Source: a virus (lineage: Duplodnaviria; Caudoviricetes). From it: a DNA stretch of 64,000 bases. Position 1 is the first letter of the stretch, and every line of letters begins with the position of its first letter. Position numbers and translations under genes: made by a program. This document shows, one piece after another, positions 35,190-43,640 of this stretch. Below the pieces are notes generated by a model. It was given only the letters and a program-made list of their open reading frames with translations, searched no databases and was not told where the DNA came from. The stretch is taken from positions 17,248-81,247 of the IMG/VR virus record IMGVR_UViG_2767802105_000001. One strand, 5' to 3'.

Positions 35190-35641
35190 CACACGCCGCC
35201 GACCAGGTCGAGGCGACCGGCGCGCTTCAGCTCGAAGTACAGGTCGGCCCGCTCGTCCTGCACGCCGTGCAGCTCCCGCCAGTCCGCCGGCGTCATGTAG
35301 TGCGAGTCCCGCACCGTCAGCCGGTCGATCACCGTCGACAGGGCACGGAACCGGGCGGCCTTCGCGTACATGGCGTCGACCAGGTCGAGCCTGCCCGCCT
35401 CGGCGAGGACGGTACGGGCGGCGGCCATGACGTCCTCGGCGTCGGCCAGCGACCGCGCGTCCAGGTCCGACATGCGCCCGGACTCGGCGAGCCCGGCGAG
35501 CTGCGCGGCGTGCACGGCCGCCGTCTCGTACTCGGCAACCGCCCGCACGACCGGGAAGTGCGGCAGGGCGCGGGCCAGCGCGGCGGCGGCCTCCGGCGGC
35601 AACGGGGCGGTGGACGGGGCGGGGATGGTGGTCGACATCAC
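35189..35641 (-). CDS. Hypothetical protein with internal duplication
   Basis: AGRLDLV occurs twice. Confidence 0.6.
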   Translation of the reverse strand: MMSTTIPAPSTAPLPPEAAAALARALPHFPVVRAVAEYETAAVHAAQLAGLAESGRMSDLDARSLADAEDVMAAARTVLAEAGRLDLVDAMYAKAARFRALSTVIDRLTVRDSHYMTPADWRELHGVQDERADLYFELKRAGRLDLVGGV

Positions 35642-35838
35642 GCGGCCTCCTTGGCGGCAGTCGGTGCGTCCGTCGAATTCAGGACGGACTCCGGGATGCG
35701 GAGGGCGCCGGTCGCGCCATCCCCGGGCGTGTAGGGCCGGCCGTTCCTGTAGGCCGGGAGATCTCCCTGGTGGATCCAGCGGTAGACGGTCGCGGGGTGC
35801 ACTCGGAAGTGCGTCGCGACGTCCCGAACTCGCAGCAT
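35638..35838 (-). CDS. Excisionase-like HTH protein
   Basis: MLRVRDVATHFRVHPATVYRWI...LRIP. Confidence 0.8.
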   Translation of the reverse strand: MLRVRDVATHFRVHPATVYRWIHQGDLPAYRNGRPYTPGDGATGALRIPESVLNSTDAPTAAKEAA

Positions 35839-35856
35839 TGCGCCTCCGATCGAGTG

Positions 35857-35950
35857 CTTCGCATCTATCAGCAGACGTTAATAGCTTACGTATCTAGGTA
35901 GCAAGCCTCGCGGCATGGATCTGGCCAGAGATGACCCGACAGGCGTAAGC
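35857..35950. promoter_or_regulatory. Divergent promoter region with candidate GntR operators
   Basis: GCTTCGCATCT (35857), GCTTACGTATCT (35885), inverted GCGTAAGC (35943); GCTTACGCAT again at 37348. Confidence 0.45.
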
Positions 35951-36012
35951 ATCAAGGGATTAAGGTGGGGAGGTCAGCAGCCACAGACCCAACCGGAGAG
36001 GAGGCGCCAGAG

Positions 36013-36543
36013 ATGGCCGATAAGCAGCGGCAGTCGGACTCGCTCACCTACGTCGCACCACAGGAGAACGGGCAAGCCGACGCCTGGACCCAGGAAGCCG
36101 GACGACGAGGCGGCCAGCAGCTCGTCGAGGTCGCGGAAGTCACTCCGCCCGAGCCGGTAGCCACGGCACTACGCCTCTCCCCCGGAGAGTCGGCCATCGT
36201 CCGACGCCGGGCAATCTCACTGGACGGGGACGTGATCGAGCTCGCCGACTCGTACTACCCGCCCGCCGTTGCCCGCGGTACCGCCCTCGCCGAGAAGCGG
36301 AAGATCAAGGGTGGCGCCCCGACCCTGCTGGCAGAGCTCGGCTACCAGGCGCGCCATGTCACCGAAGACCTGGAGTTCCGGGCCGCCGACGCTGCCGAAC
36401 TCGAGGCGCTCTCCCTCCCCAAGGGGGCCAGCGTGCTCAGCCTGCTACGCACCACCATCACCGACGACGGGAGTCCCTTCGAAGTGCAGCACATGGTCAT
36501 GAAGGCGCCTCGCCGCCTCCACTACGAGATCGAGGTCGACTGA
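36013..36543 (+). CDS. UTRA domain-only protein
   Basis: GAGGAGG RBS; ELADSYYP...GGAPTLL UTRA motifs; no HTH. Confidence 0.8.
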   Translation: MADKQRQSDSLTYVAPQENGQADAWTQEAGRRGGQQLVEVAEVTPPEPVATALRLSPGESAIVRRRAISLDGDVIELADSYYPPAVARGTALAEKRKIKGGAPTLLAELGYQARHVTEDLEFRAADAAELEALSLPKGASVLSLLRTTITDDGSPFEVQHMVMKAPRRLHYEIEVD

Positions 36544-36544
36544 C

Positions 36545-37309
36545 ATGCCCGAGCCGCACGAGGACAAGCGCCCCCTCGCCGAGCGCATCGCCGCAGAGAT
36601 CAGAAAGCTGATCATGTCCGGCGACTGGGAGCCCGGTAAGCAGGTCCCGACCAACGAGGCCCTCCGAACCCAGTACGAGACGTCCAACGTCACCATTCAG
36701 CGCGCCTTGCAGATCCTCAAGGACGAGAAGTTCCTCGAGGGCAAGACCGGCATCGGCGTCTTCGTCCGAGGCGAACGAGCCCAGACGATCAGCCCCGCGC
36801 ACTACATCGCCCCAGCCGAACCGGGTCAGCCGTACCGCTGGCTGACTGAGGCCACCGGCCGTCAACAGCGCGGCAAGTACCGGATGCTCGCAGTCCAGGA
36901 GGTTGTCCCGCCGTCCGAGGTCGCGCGGGCACTGCGCCTCACGGATGGCGAGACTGCGATGCTGCGCTCTCGCATCGGCTTCCTCGACGACCAGCCGGCC
37001 GAACTGGTGCATTCGTACTACCCGATCGAGCTGGCGCGGGACACACGGCTCGGCGACCGGCGCCTCATCCCCGGGGGCTCGCCTGCCCTGCTGGAGGAGA
37101 TGGGCTACCCGACACGGTCGCAGGACGACGCGGTCGCCGCCCGGCCGGCGACAACGGAAGAGTACGAGGCCCTGGAGATCCCGCGCGACGTGCCGGTGAT
37201 CGAGGTCTTCCGCATCGTCTACAGCGACGATGAGAAGCCGATCGAGGTCACGCTCCTGACGAAGCCGGCCCACCGATTCAAGATGGGCTACCGCATCGAG
37301 ATTTCCTGA
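36545..37309 (+). CDS. GntR/HutC-family repressor (KorSA/TraR-like)
   Basis: GntR HTH (PGKQVPT...GIGVFV) plus UTRA domain; divergent from tra operon. Confidence 0.88.
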   Translation: MPEPHEDKRPLAERIAAEIRKLIMSGDWEPGKQVPTNEALRTQYETSNVTIQRALQILKDEKFLEGKTGIGVFVRGERAQTISPAHYIAPAEPGQPYRWLTEATGRQQRGKYRMLAVQEVVPPSEVARALRLTDGETAMLRSRIGFLDDQPAELVHSYYPIELARDTRLGDRRLIPGGSPALLEEMGYPTRSQDDAVAARPATTEEYEALEIPRDVPVIEVFRIVYSDDEKPIEVTLLTKPAHRFKMGYRIEIS

Positions 37310-37449
37310 CGCAGCATCATCTTCCGCCCCCGGCCCGCAAGCTGGGGGCTTACGCATGCCTGCGTCAGACAGCTTGATACCAAGACGAATAAGCTTTACG
37401 GTCGACTGCGTTGAGGGTGGCTCACGCCACACGCTCAGTTAGGAGCGGT

Positions 37450-37899
37450 ATGCCTGCATTGCCATCGCGTACAGCCGTCTACCGGCTATTCGACGCCGAC
37501 GGAACCCTGCTCTACGTCGGGATGACCTACGCCCCAGAGCGGAGATTCCGAGACCACCGAGCCAAGCGGACATGGTGGTCCCAGGTGGACGGCATCTCGA
37601 TCGAATGGTTCACCACCCGCTACAGGGCCTCTCTGGCGGAGGCTAAGGCACTCAGGACCGAGCATCCCGTTCACAGCGTCCACCAAGCGGCGCCCTGGCG
37701 GGAGCAGCAGCGAGTTGACGCACTCGCGGTCTCCCCCGAGGCGCGACGCAACCGCTCGATCGGACTCACGGCCCACGCTGCCAGGGCGCGCTCCCTCTCG
37801 GCGCTCTGCAGGCAGGGGGTCCCGTACCGGGAAGCCCTGCGGCAAGCGCAGCTCATCCGGGAGCAGTACCTCGCGACCCACCCGTTCCACCGCCCGTAA
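37450..37899 (+). CDS. GIY-YIG nuclease family protein
   Basis: AVYRLFDADGTLLYVGMT...RFRDH...AE. Confidence 0.8.
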   Translation: MPALPSRTAVYRLFDADGTLLYVGMTYAPERRFRDHRAKRTWWSQVDGISIEWFTTRYRASLAEAKALRTEHPVHSVHQAAPWREQQRVDALAVSPEARRNRSIGLTAHAARARSLSALCRQGVPYREALRQAQLIREQYLATHPFHRP

Positions 37900-38306
37900 C
37901 GCGAACAGCCGGGCGCTCGCTTGGGTGCGGTTTTCAGTCGTTCGATCGGCATAGCTCGCGCCCGAGTTGCCTGCTGTGTCCGATCGGATGGTCCGTTGAA
38001 TGACGAGCCGTGTGCACCTAGTTTGTCGGTTGCCTCTAGGAAACCGCGCAGGTCCCAAGCCCGTGACTTTGCACAAAAGTCCTGGCCAGGCAAGCTTTAT
38101 GTGTCACGCCGGAAGCGATCTGGCTCGTCTGGCGTAGTCCAGGTAGGCCAGCCAGAAGTGATCGCAAACGTTGTGTCTCATCCGTGCCGGTCGGCTAGCT
38201 TCCTGAAGCACGAACGGCCGGGTGCATTGCCCGCACCCGGCCGTAGTTCGAACAGCGGTTGCAGCCGCTGATCACCAACCCGCTCCTAGCAGAGAGAAGG
38301 TCTACG

Positions 38307-38771
38307 ATGACCTTAGTACATCGCAAAACGCGAACTGGCAACAGCACCCCCGTCTCGGCTCCTCGCACCTGGTCGTTCATCGACCGGAAGACGGGCGAAA
38401 CCGTCGAGTACACGTGCATGCAGGGCTGCACCCTGGATCACTCGCACGAGATGGGCCGGCCCGTCTTCCGCGAGGACGTGTGGTGCTGGTTCTGGGACCA
38501 GCCGCTAACCCTCCCGGTGAATGAGAACGGCAGCCCGGAGGAGTTCCGGGTCCTGTCCACCGTGGTCAAGGTGGAGCCATGGGCGCCGCAGGTGGCGCAC
38601 CGCCTGCCGTTCGCGGTAATCGAGCTGGTGGATGACCACTTCATCGACGGCCTGGACCCGGACGGCCTGGAGACGGTGATCAGCACCCTGTCGGAGCGGC
38701 TGGAGCAGATGCGGGCGACGCACCGCCGGCTGGTCGAGGCGCGGAAGGCGTACCGGGAGCGGGCCGTCTGA
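38307..38771 (+). CDS. DUF6907-like protein; TTA codon at position 3
   Basis: AGAAGG RBS; CMQGCTLDH motif; ATG ACC TTA. Confidence 0.65.
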   Translation: MTLVHRKTRTGNSTPVSAPRTWSFIDRKTGETVEYTCMQGCTLDHSHEMGRPVFREDVWCWFWDQPLTLPVNENGSPEEFRVLSTVVKVEPWAPQVAHRLPFAVIELVDDHFIDGLDPDGLETVISTLSERLEQMRATHRRLVEARKAYRERAV

Positions 38772-38825
38772 CCGCTGCGCCACCCTGGCAGTTTGACGAG
38801 GGCCCAGCGGAACGTTGGGGTCTCG

Positions 38826-39146
38826 TCAAGCGGTTTGGGCGATTGAGTCTGTAATGGCATCGCTAATCGCTGCTTTGATGCGCGCGATTTCGGCATCCTC
38901 CAGAAGTACGGCTTCCTGCGGGGCCCACATGGTCAGCGAGGTCGGGGCGATACCTCGGGCTTCGTTGTCGCCGACTTTTCGCACCCACCCCTCCCAGGCG
39001 GGCAACTCGACGACGAAATGGGTCGCCAAAAGGTCCGGCTTCCATACTTGGATGACTCTGGCCTGCACCTCTCCTGCACCTTCAGGAAGCAGGAGAGTGG
39101 CCGTGGGATACGGGAGGGGCATGTCGTACACGTCGTCCATGCGCAC
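38826..39146 (-). CDS. Hypothetical protein
   Basis: 106 aa, lower GC. Confidence 0.5.
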   Translation of the reverse strand: MRMDDVYDMPLPYPTATLLLPEGAGEVQARVIQVWKPDLLATHFVVELPAWEGWVRKVGDNEARGIAPTSLTMWAPQEAVLLEDAEIARIKAAISDAITDSIAQTA

Positions 39147-39443
39147 TACCTACTTGAGCGGCCACCTCAGCAGGGGGAGGCGCTCCGACGCTCAGCCATA
39201 CGTGTTACCAGGTGGCGAACGCGTAGACGCCTGGCTCCCTCAGGTGCAGTCGGTGACCATGTGTTCACACTAGCGTTCGACTCGTCACGTCTCGTCCAGC
39301 ACTTCACCCCCGGTCTTCCGACCGTCAGTGGCGCCCGATAGCGTGCTCTGACCGGGGGATGTGCCTGTCTGCCCGTAGGCCTGTCGAGTCGCGGCTGGGG
39401 GCGGCTCGTCTACGTTGGAGGGGCAGGCACTAGAGGGGACACC

Positions 39444-39896
39444 ATGGCGAGCGTGCAGGACGTGGCGGCGTACATCTTGACCAAGGATGGACCTATGTCC
39501 GCGATGAAGCTACAGAAGCTCTGCTACTTCGCTTACGGCTACCACATGGCGTGGGAGGACCGGCAGTTGTTCCCAGAACGATTCGAGGCGTGGGCAAACG
39601 GGCCTGTCGTCTGGGAGCTGTACGACCAGCACCGCGGCCGGTACCGGTTGGCGAAGGCGGACATCCAAGGTGACGCTGCGGCACTGGATGACGGCGAGCG
39701 GGACTCCGTGAACGTGGTCCTCGAGAACTTCCGCGCCTACGATGCGCACGAACTGTCTGCGATGACGCACCAGCCGGGCCCATGGCTAGAGGCCCGGAAG
39801 CGAGCCGGCGTCACCGACTTGCAGCGCAGCAACGAGGAACTACGTGACGAGGAGATCGCCGATTTCTTCGGCGCGCTTGTGGGTCGCGAGGACTGA
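39444..39896 (+). CDS. Panacea (DUF4065/SocA-like) antitoxin
   Basis: MKLQKLCYFA...FEAWANGPV...LSAMTH..GPW. Confidence 0.88.
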   Translation: MASVQDVAAYILTKDGPMSAMKLQKLCYFAYGYHMAWEDRQLFPERFEAWANGPVVWELYDQHRGRYRLAKADIQGDAAALDDGERDSVNVVLENFRAYDAHELSAMTHQPGPWLEARKRAGVTDLQRSNEELRDEEIADFFGALVGRED

Positions 39897-39900
39897 TCAC

Positions 39901-40368
39901 GTGGCCAAGGGGGGCAAGGGGAAGAAGCTGCAGGTTCCGTCCGCCACGGTCTCGGAGGGGAAGCGGACGGGAAATCCTTCGTCGCTTCTGCCAGCCGCGG
40001 CGACGTCTTCCGAACGTCTCTGCTGGCGCTTCACCCACGTCGACCACGATGGTCGGTGGGGCTTTGACAGCATGGAATCGTCGGTTCTCTGCGAGGTGCT
40101 GCGCAAGCTCGCCGACTGTGAGTCGATGACTGTTGGCGAACTGCGGAAGAGCTGGCGGTTGTTCAAGGAGTACGACTTGCCAGGCGGCCTATGCAGGGAA
40201 GCACTCGACCGGCTGACGGCACTCCGCCGAGACGACATGACGAAGATCCATCGCCTTGAATTCACCGGGCTGCAACGTCTCTACGGCTTCCTGGACGGGA
40301 ACGTCTTTCACATCGTCTGGTGGGATCCGCGCCATGAGGTCTACCCGTCGAAGCTCAAGAACACCTAA
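39901..40368 (+). CDS. Putative toxin partner of Panacea antitoxin
   Basis: GTG start 4 nt after antitoxin; RLYG...FHIVWWDPRHEVYP, RelE-like C-terminal pattern. Confidence 0.65.
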   Translation: MAKGGKGKKLQVPSATVSEGKRTGNPSSLLPAAATSSERLCWRFTHVDHDGRWGFDSMESSVLCEVLRKLADCESMTVGELRKSWRLFKEYDLPGGLCREALDRLTALRRDDMTKIHRLEFTGLQRLYGFLDGNVFHIVWWDPRHEVYPSKLKNT

Positions 40369-40371
40369 TAG

Positions 40372-40395
40372 AGGCCCCGGCTGATGCCGGGGCCT
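40372..40395. terminator. Bidirectional terminator
   Basis: 10-bp stem AGGCCCCGGC / GCCGGGGCCT between convergent genes. Confidence 0.7.
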
Positions 40396-40402
40396 GAGCG
40401 CC

Positions 40403-41065
40403 TCAGCGCGCGGTTTCGTAGGTGACGGTTTCGTTGGGGCACTGGTCGGCGAGGGCCTGGAGCGCGGTCTGTTCGGCGGGGTCGATGGCCATCCGCCACC
40501 GGCCCTTCACGACCACCCAGTAGGTGAAGTATTCGCACCGGTTGGCTTCGGACGGCGGCAGCCAGGTGGCCGGGTCCTGGTCGGCTTTGCTTCGGTTGCT
40601 GCGGGCGGTGACGGCGATGAGGGAGCGGGGGTCGCCGAGGTCGTTGGCGTAGGCCTCGCGTTCGGCGGCGGTCCAGTCGCCGGCGCCGGAGTCGTGGGCT
40701 TCGGCGAGGGGTACGCGGTGGTCGATGTCGCTGCCGCGGGCGCCATGGATGTAGGTGTCGTCGTAGGGGCTGTACCAGACGCCGCCGACCAGGGTGCACC
40801 GGCCGGTGATCTCTGGGGCTTCGACGGCTTCCTCGAGGAGGACTTCCGCCCTCGTGTTGCAGCCGTCTTTGTCGGCGTCGATCCAGTGTTTGAATTCGCT
40901 GCGCTGGTAGCCGTCGCGGGTTTCGGCTTTGACGGGGAGGCTGTCGAGGAGGCTGCGGACGGGCAGGGTGTGACTGGTGCCGGGGCCGTCGGGTGCGGCG
41001 TGGGCGGGGCTGATGAGGGTGGCGAGGGCCGCTCCGGTGGCGGCGAGGGTGGCGAGGATACGCAC
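40403..41065 (-). CDS. Secreted HNH-type nuclease (DUF1524-like)
   Basis: Sec signal ending AHA; DIDHRVPLAEA...SNRSKADQDP. Confidence 0.85.
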   Translation of the reverse strand: MRILATLAATGAALATLISPAHAAPDGPGTSHTLPVRSLLDSLPVKAETRDGYQRSEFKHWIDADKDGCNTRAEVLLEEAVEAPEITGRCTLVGGVWYSPYDDTYIHGARGSDIDHRVPLAEAHDSGAGDWTAAEREAYANDLGDPRSLIAVTARSNRSKADQDPATWLPPSEANRCEYFTYWVVVKGRWRMAIDPAEQTALQALADQCPNETVTYETAR

Positions 41066-41260
41066 GGGGCGCCCTTTCGAAGACGTGGCAGGTCACGATC
41101 TTCGTAGCGGCGTGGGAGTGATGAGGGCGACCGATCCGGCGGTACGTCACCCGCGGGTGGGGAAAGTCAGACAAACGCCGCCGACGCCAGAGGCAGCGGG
41201 CGGCGTGGGAGCAGTCGCACGTCTACCTCGCCTACACGGGGACGTTCTGACACGACGAAA

Positions 41261-41293
41261 GCCCCGCCACCTCCAACACGGATGGGCGGGGCT
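41261..41293 (-). terminator. Terminator ending the early operon
   Basis: GCCCCGCC / GGCGGGGC stem followed by TTTC on minus strand. Confidence 0.6.
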
Positions 41294-41336
41294 GCGAATC
41301 TTCTAACCGACCGGGCGCCTGCTCCGGCTGGCCCGG

Positions 41337-41630
41337 CTAGCGGGAGCGGGTGGTTGGCAGATTCACGCTGCGGTCCTCAGGGTGCGGGTAGTACATCGTC
41401 GTCTCTCCGGCTTGGGGGTGGTCCCGGAAGAGGGCGTGGTCGAGTTCCGCCCGCGCCTGGTTGAGCGCCTTCTCGGCGGCCCTGAGCTTCCGGTAGGGCT
41501 CGCCCTCCACTCCGCTTCTCGGGTAGGCATTGGCGAGTTGGGTGACGCGGTGAACGAGTTCGTTGTGGATGGCGGCGAGGGTGCGACCCAGTTCTTCGTG
41601 TTCTTCGAGGGTCAGTCTGGGCTTGGTCAC
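41337..41630 (-). CDS. Hypothetical protein
   Basis: AGGAG RBS, GTG start, 97 aa. Confidence 0.6.
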   Translation of the reverse strand: MTKPRLTLEEHEELGRTLAAIHNELVHRVTQLANAYPRSGVEGEPYRKLRAAEKALNQARAELDHALFRDHPQAGETTMYYPHPEDRSVNLPTTRSR

Positions 41631-41732
41631 TGGGTCTCCTGCATTCCGATGGATGCCGATCTTGTTGATGTGACGGTACGAGCAGGATGGCCGTCTCGTC
41701 CGAACGTTGCACTCATTCAAGTGAGAGCTGGC

Positions 41733-42080
41733 CTATGCGGCTTCTTTCCTCTGCTGCCGCCGCCCGGCCCGGTAGGCGCGCTCCCCTTCGGGGCAGCCTT
41801 GCATGCAGGCCCACGGGTCTTCGCCGCGGCGGACGTGGGCGGCGAATCCGGCGTGGTCGCCGTGTCGTTCACGGCGGAGGATCCCGGCAAGGTGGGCGAG
41901 ATGGACGGCGTGGGCAGACGAAGCGGCCCCGAGCTTGAGCAGGATCTGCTTGTTGATCGAGCCGACGCCGCCGAGGGTGATACCCAGATCGGTGCCGATC
42001 TGTGCCCACGACTGGCCGTCGGCTATCCGCTTGAGCACGTCCAACTGGCGCGCGGTCAGTGCCCGCATTGGTCGGGTCAC
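41733..42080 (-). CDS. LuxR-type HTH regulator (candidate late activator)
   Basis: LTARQLDVLKRIADGQSWAQIG...KLGA. Confidence 0.8.
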   Translation of the reverse strand: MTRPMRALTARQLDVLKRIADGQSWAQIGTDLGITLGGVGSINKQILLKLGAASSAHAVHLAHLAGILRRERHGDHAGFAAHVRRGEDPWACMQGCPEGERAYRAGRRQQRKEAA

Positions 42081-42277
42081 GGCTGCCTCCTGGCCTGGCT
42101 GGGCGGGGTGAGGCGTCCTTCGCGGATGGCTTTCTGCCGAAGGGCGTCTTCGATGACGGCGGCGGGGATCATGCCGGGGAAGCAGTCGGCGAGGAGTCGC
42201 TCGGCGGTGGCGTTGATGTACTTGCGGCGGGTGGACGGCTTCGGCGGTAGGTGCTCGGCCGGCTTCGCTGCGGTCAT
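42077..42277 (-). CDS. Hypothetical protein
   Basis: GAAAGG RBS; 66 aa. Confidence 0.55.
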   Translation of the reverse strand: MTAAKPAEHLPPKPSTRRKYINATAERLLADCFPGMIPAAVIEDALRQKAIREGRLTPPSQARRQP

Positions 42278-42329
42278 GGTGCTGGCCTTTCTCGGGCCGC
42301 CGCCCCGGGTGTGGGGCGGCGGCGGTGGT

Positions 42330-42590
42330 TCACGGTCGGGTGATGTGGAGGCGGCGCCTGCCGCCGCCGGGCTGCTGGTCGGGGATCACGCAGTAGCCGG
42401 CGGCCTGGAGTTCGAGCCGGTACTTCTCGAGGCCGTCGGCTTCGCCGGGGCCGTCGTGGAAGACGTTGACCTGTCGCCGGCCGGACTGCTCGGCGCGCCA
42501 GCCGGGCAGCCAGTCGTCGCCGGTCCATTCGGACGGCGGGTAGGGCTCGAGGATGCGGGCGACAGCGGCGGCCCTGATCACGCCGGGCAT
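42330..42590 (-). CDS. Hypothetical protein
   Basis: TGATG-coupled; 86 aa. Confidence 0.6.
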   Translation of the reverse strand: MPGVIRAAAVARILEPYPPSEWTGDDWLPGWRAEQSGRRQVNVFHDGPGEADGLEKYRLELQAAGYCVIPDQQPGGGRRRLHITRP

Positions 42591-42916
42591 CAGGCGGCCT
42601 TGGGGGTGCGCGACCGGGAGGCGATCTTCGCCAGCTTCGTGTTCAGGTGGGAGGCCGGGTCGTCCACCACCGAAGCCAGAGCGACCGCAGCGGTGACGAT
42701 CACGTCGCAGAGTTCGTCAGCGACGTCCCCACGGTCGTGGGTGACGCCCTTCCGCGGGTTCTGCCCCTGGACGCCGATCCATGCCTGGGCAACTTCGCCG
42801 GCTTCCTCCGTGAGCTTCAGCATCCGCAGGGTGATCTCCTGCTGGCTGCGGCCGTTCTCGGAGTCGAGCCAGGCGACGAGCCCCTGGATGGTGGCCCACT
42901 GCTCGTTGCTGATCAT
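42590..42916 (-). CDS. MazG-like nucleotide pyrophosphohydrolase
   Basis: KLTEEAGEVA...GQNPRKG...DELCDV; AAAGGA RBS (in-frame extension to 43093 possible). Confidence 0.85.
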   Translation of the reverse strand: MISNEQWATIQGLVAWLDSENGRSQQEITLRMLKLTEEAGEVAQAWIGVQGQNPRKGVTHDRGDVADELCDVIVTAAVALASVVDDPASHLNTKLAKIASRSRTPKAA

Positions 42917-43089
42917 GGGGTTCCTTTCGGTGAGGTGGTTGGTGGCGAGCGGTATGTCGGTGATGGTGTGGAGTTGCACGGCGGTGAGGCCTTGGCCGCG
43001 GAGGTCGCGGAGCCGGGGATCGTCCGGGGTGGTGTCGTCGAGCTCTGGGTCCGTCCACAGCGGGTCGCAGAACGGGGGCGGGTCGGCGG

Positions 43090-43500
43090 TCATCGCGGGG
43101 CCTGGAAGGTCCACCAGCCGTCGTAGCCGGGCGGTATGGCCGGGTAGTTGGCGAGCATCGGCCGGAGGATGCCGAGGTGCTGCTCCATGACGGCGGGCTC
43201 CTGGGCTCCCCAGTAGCGTTCGCCGTCCCAGCGGCCAGCGCAGTCGCCGCCGTACCGGCCGTCGTCGTGCTGTTCGAGGAACTGGCGGCCGTCGGCGGGC
43301 TCGGGGTACTGGAGGTCCCACAGGTCGCCGATGCAGGCGACGGTGACGCCGCGGCGGCGACGGAACCAGACGGCTTCGATACGACCGTCGAAGTAGTACT
43401 CGTTGCGGCCTTGCGGGGTTTCGGTCCGGCTGCCGCGGAGCGTGCCGAGGTCGACGGCGTAGGGCTTGCGGCTGATGAGGAATCGGGCTTCGCGGATCAC
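43090..43500 (-). CDS. Hypothetical protein
   Basis: AGGAG RBS; aromatic-rich 136 aa. Confidence 0.65.
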   Translation of the reverse strand: MIREARFLISRKPYAVDLGTLRGSRTETPQGRNEYYFDGRIEAVWFRRRRGVTVACIGDLWDLQYPEPADGRQFLEQHDDGRYGGDCAGRWDGERYWGAQEPAVMEQHLGILRPMLANYPAIPPGYDGWWTFQAPR

Positions 43501-43640
43501 GGGCTACTCCTGATGATCGAAAGCTCTGTGCGCCTCTGTGAGGCTCTGGGGAGGGTTCTGGCATCGCGAGGGGCCGCCGGGCGGGTGCGGGGCGCTACAG
43601 CGGGCGTGCAGCACCCCGCACGGCAGTCACAGGGGCCGGG

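Noticed and set aside
28195-37899. Independent complete AICE nested in the prophage
   Set aside because: No Rep, own integrase or flanking direct repeats found; a decayed AICE remnant cannot be fully excluded
37450-37899. GIY-YIG as restriction partner of the methyltransferases
   Set aside because: About 7 kb away, opposite strand, and resembles small accessory GIY-YIG proteins
37900-38300. Lower-GC gap as ncRNA or gene
   Set aside because: Only weak hairpins and no convincing ORF; cannot be supported without searches
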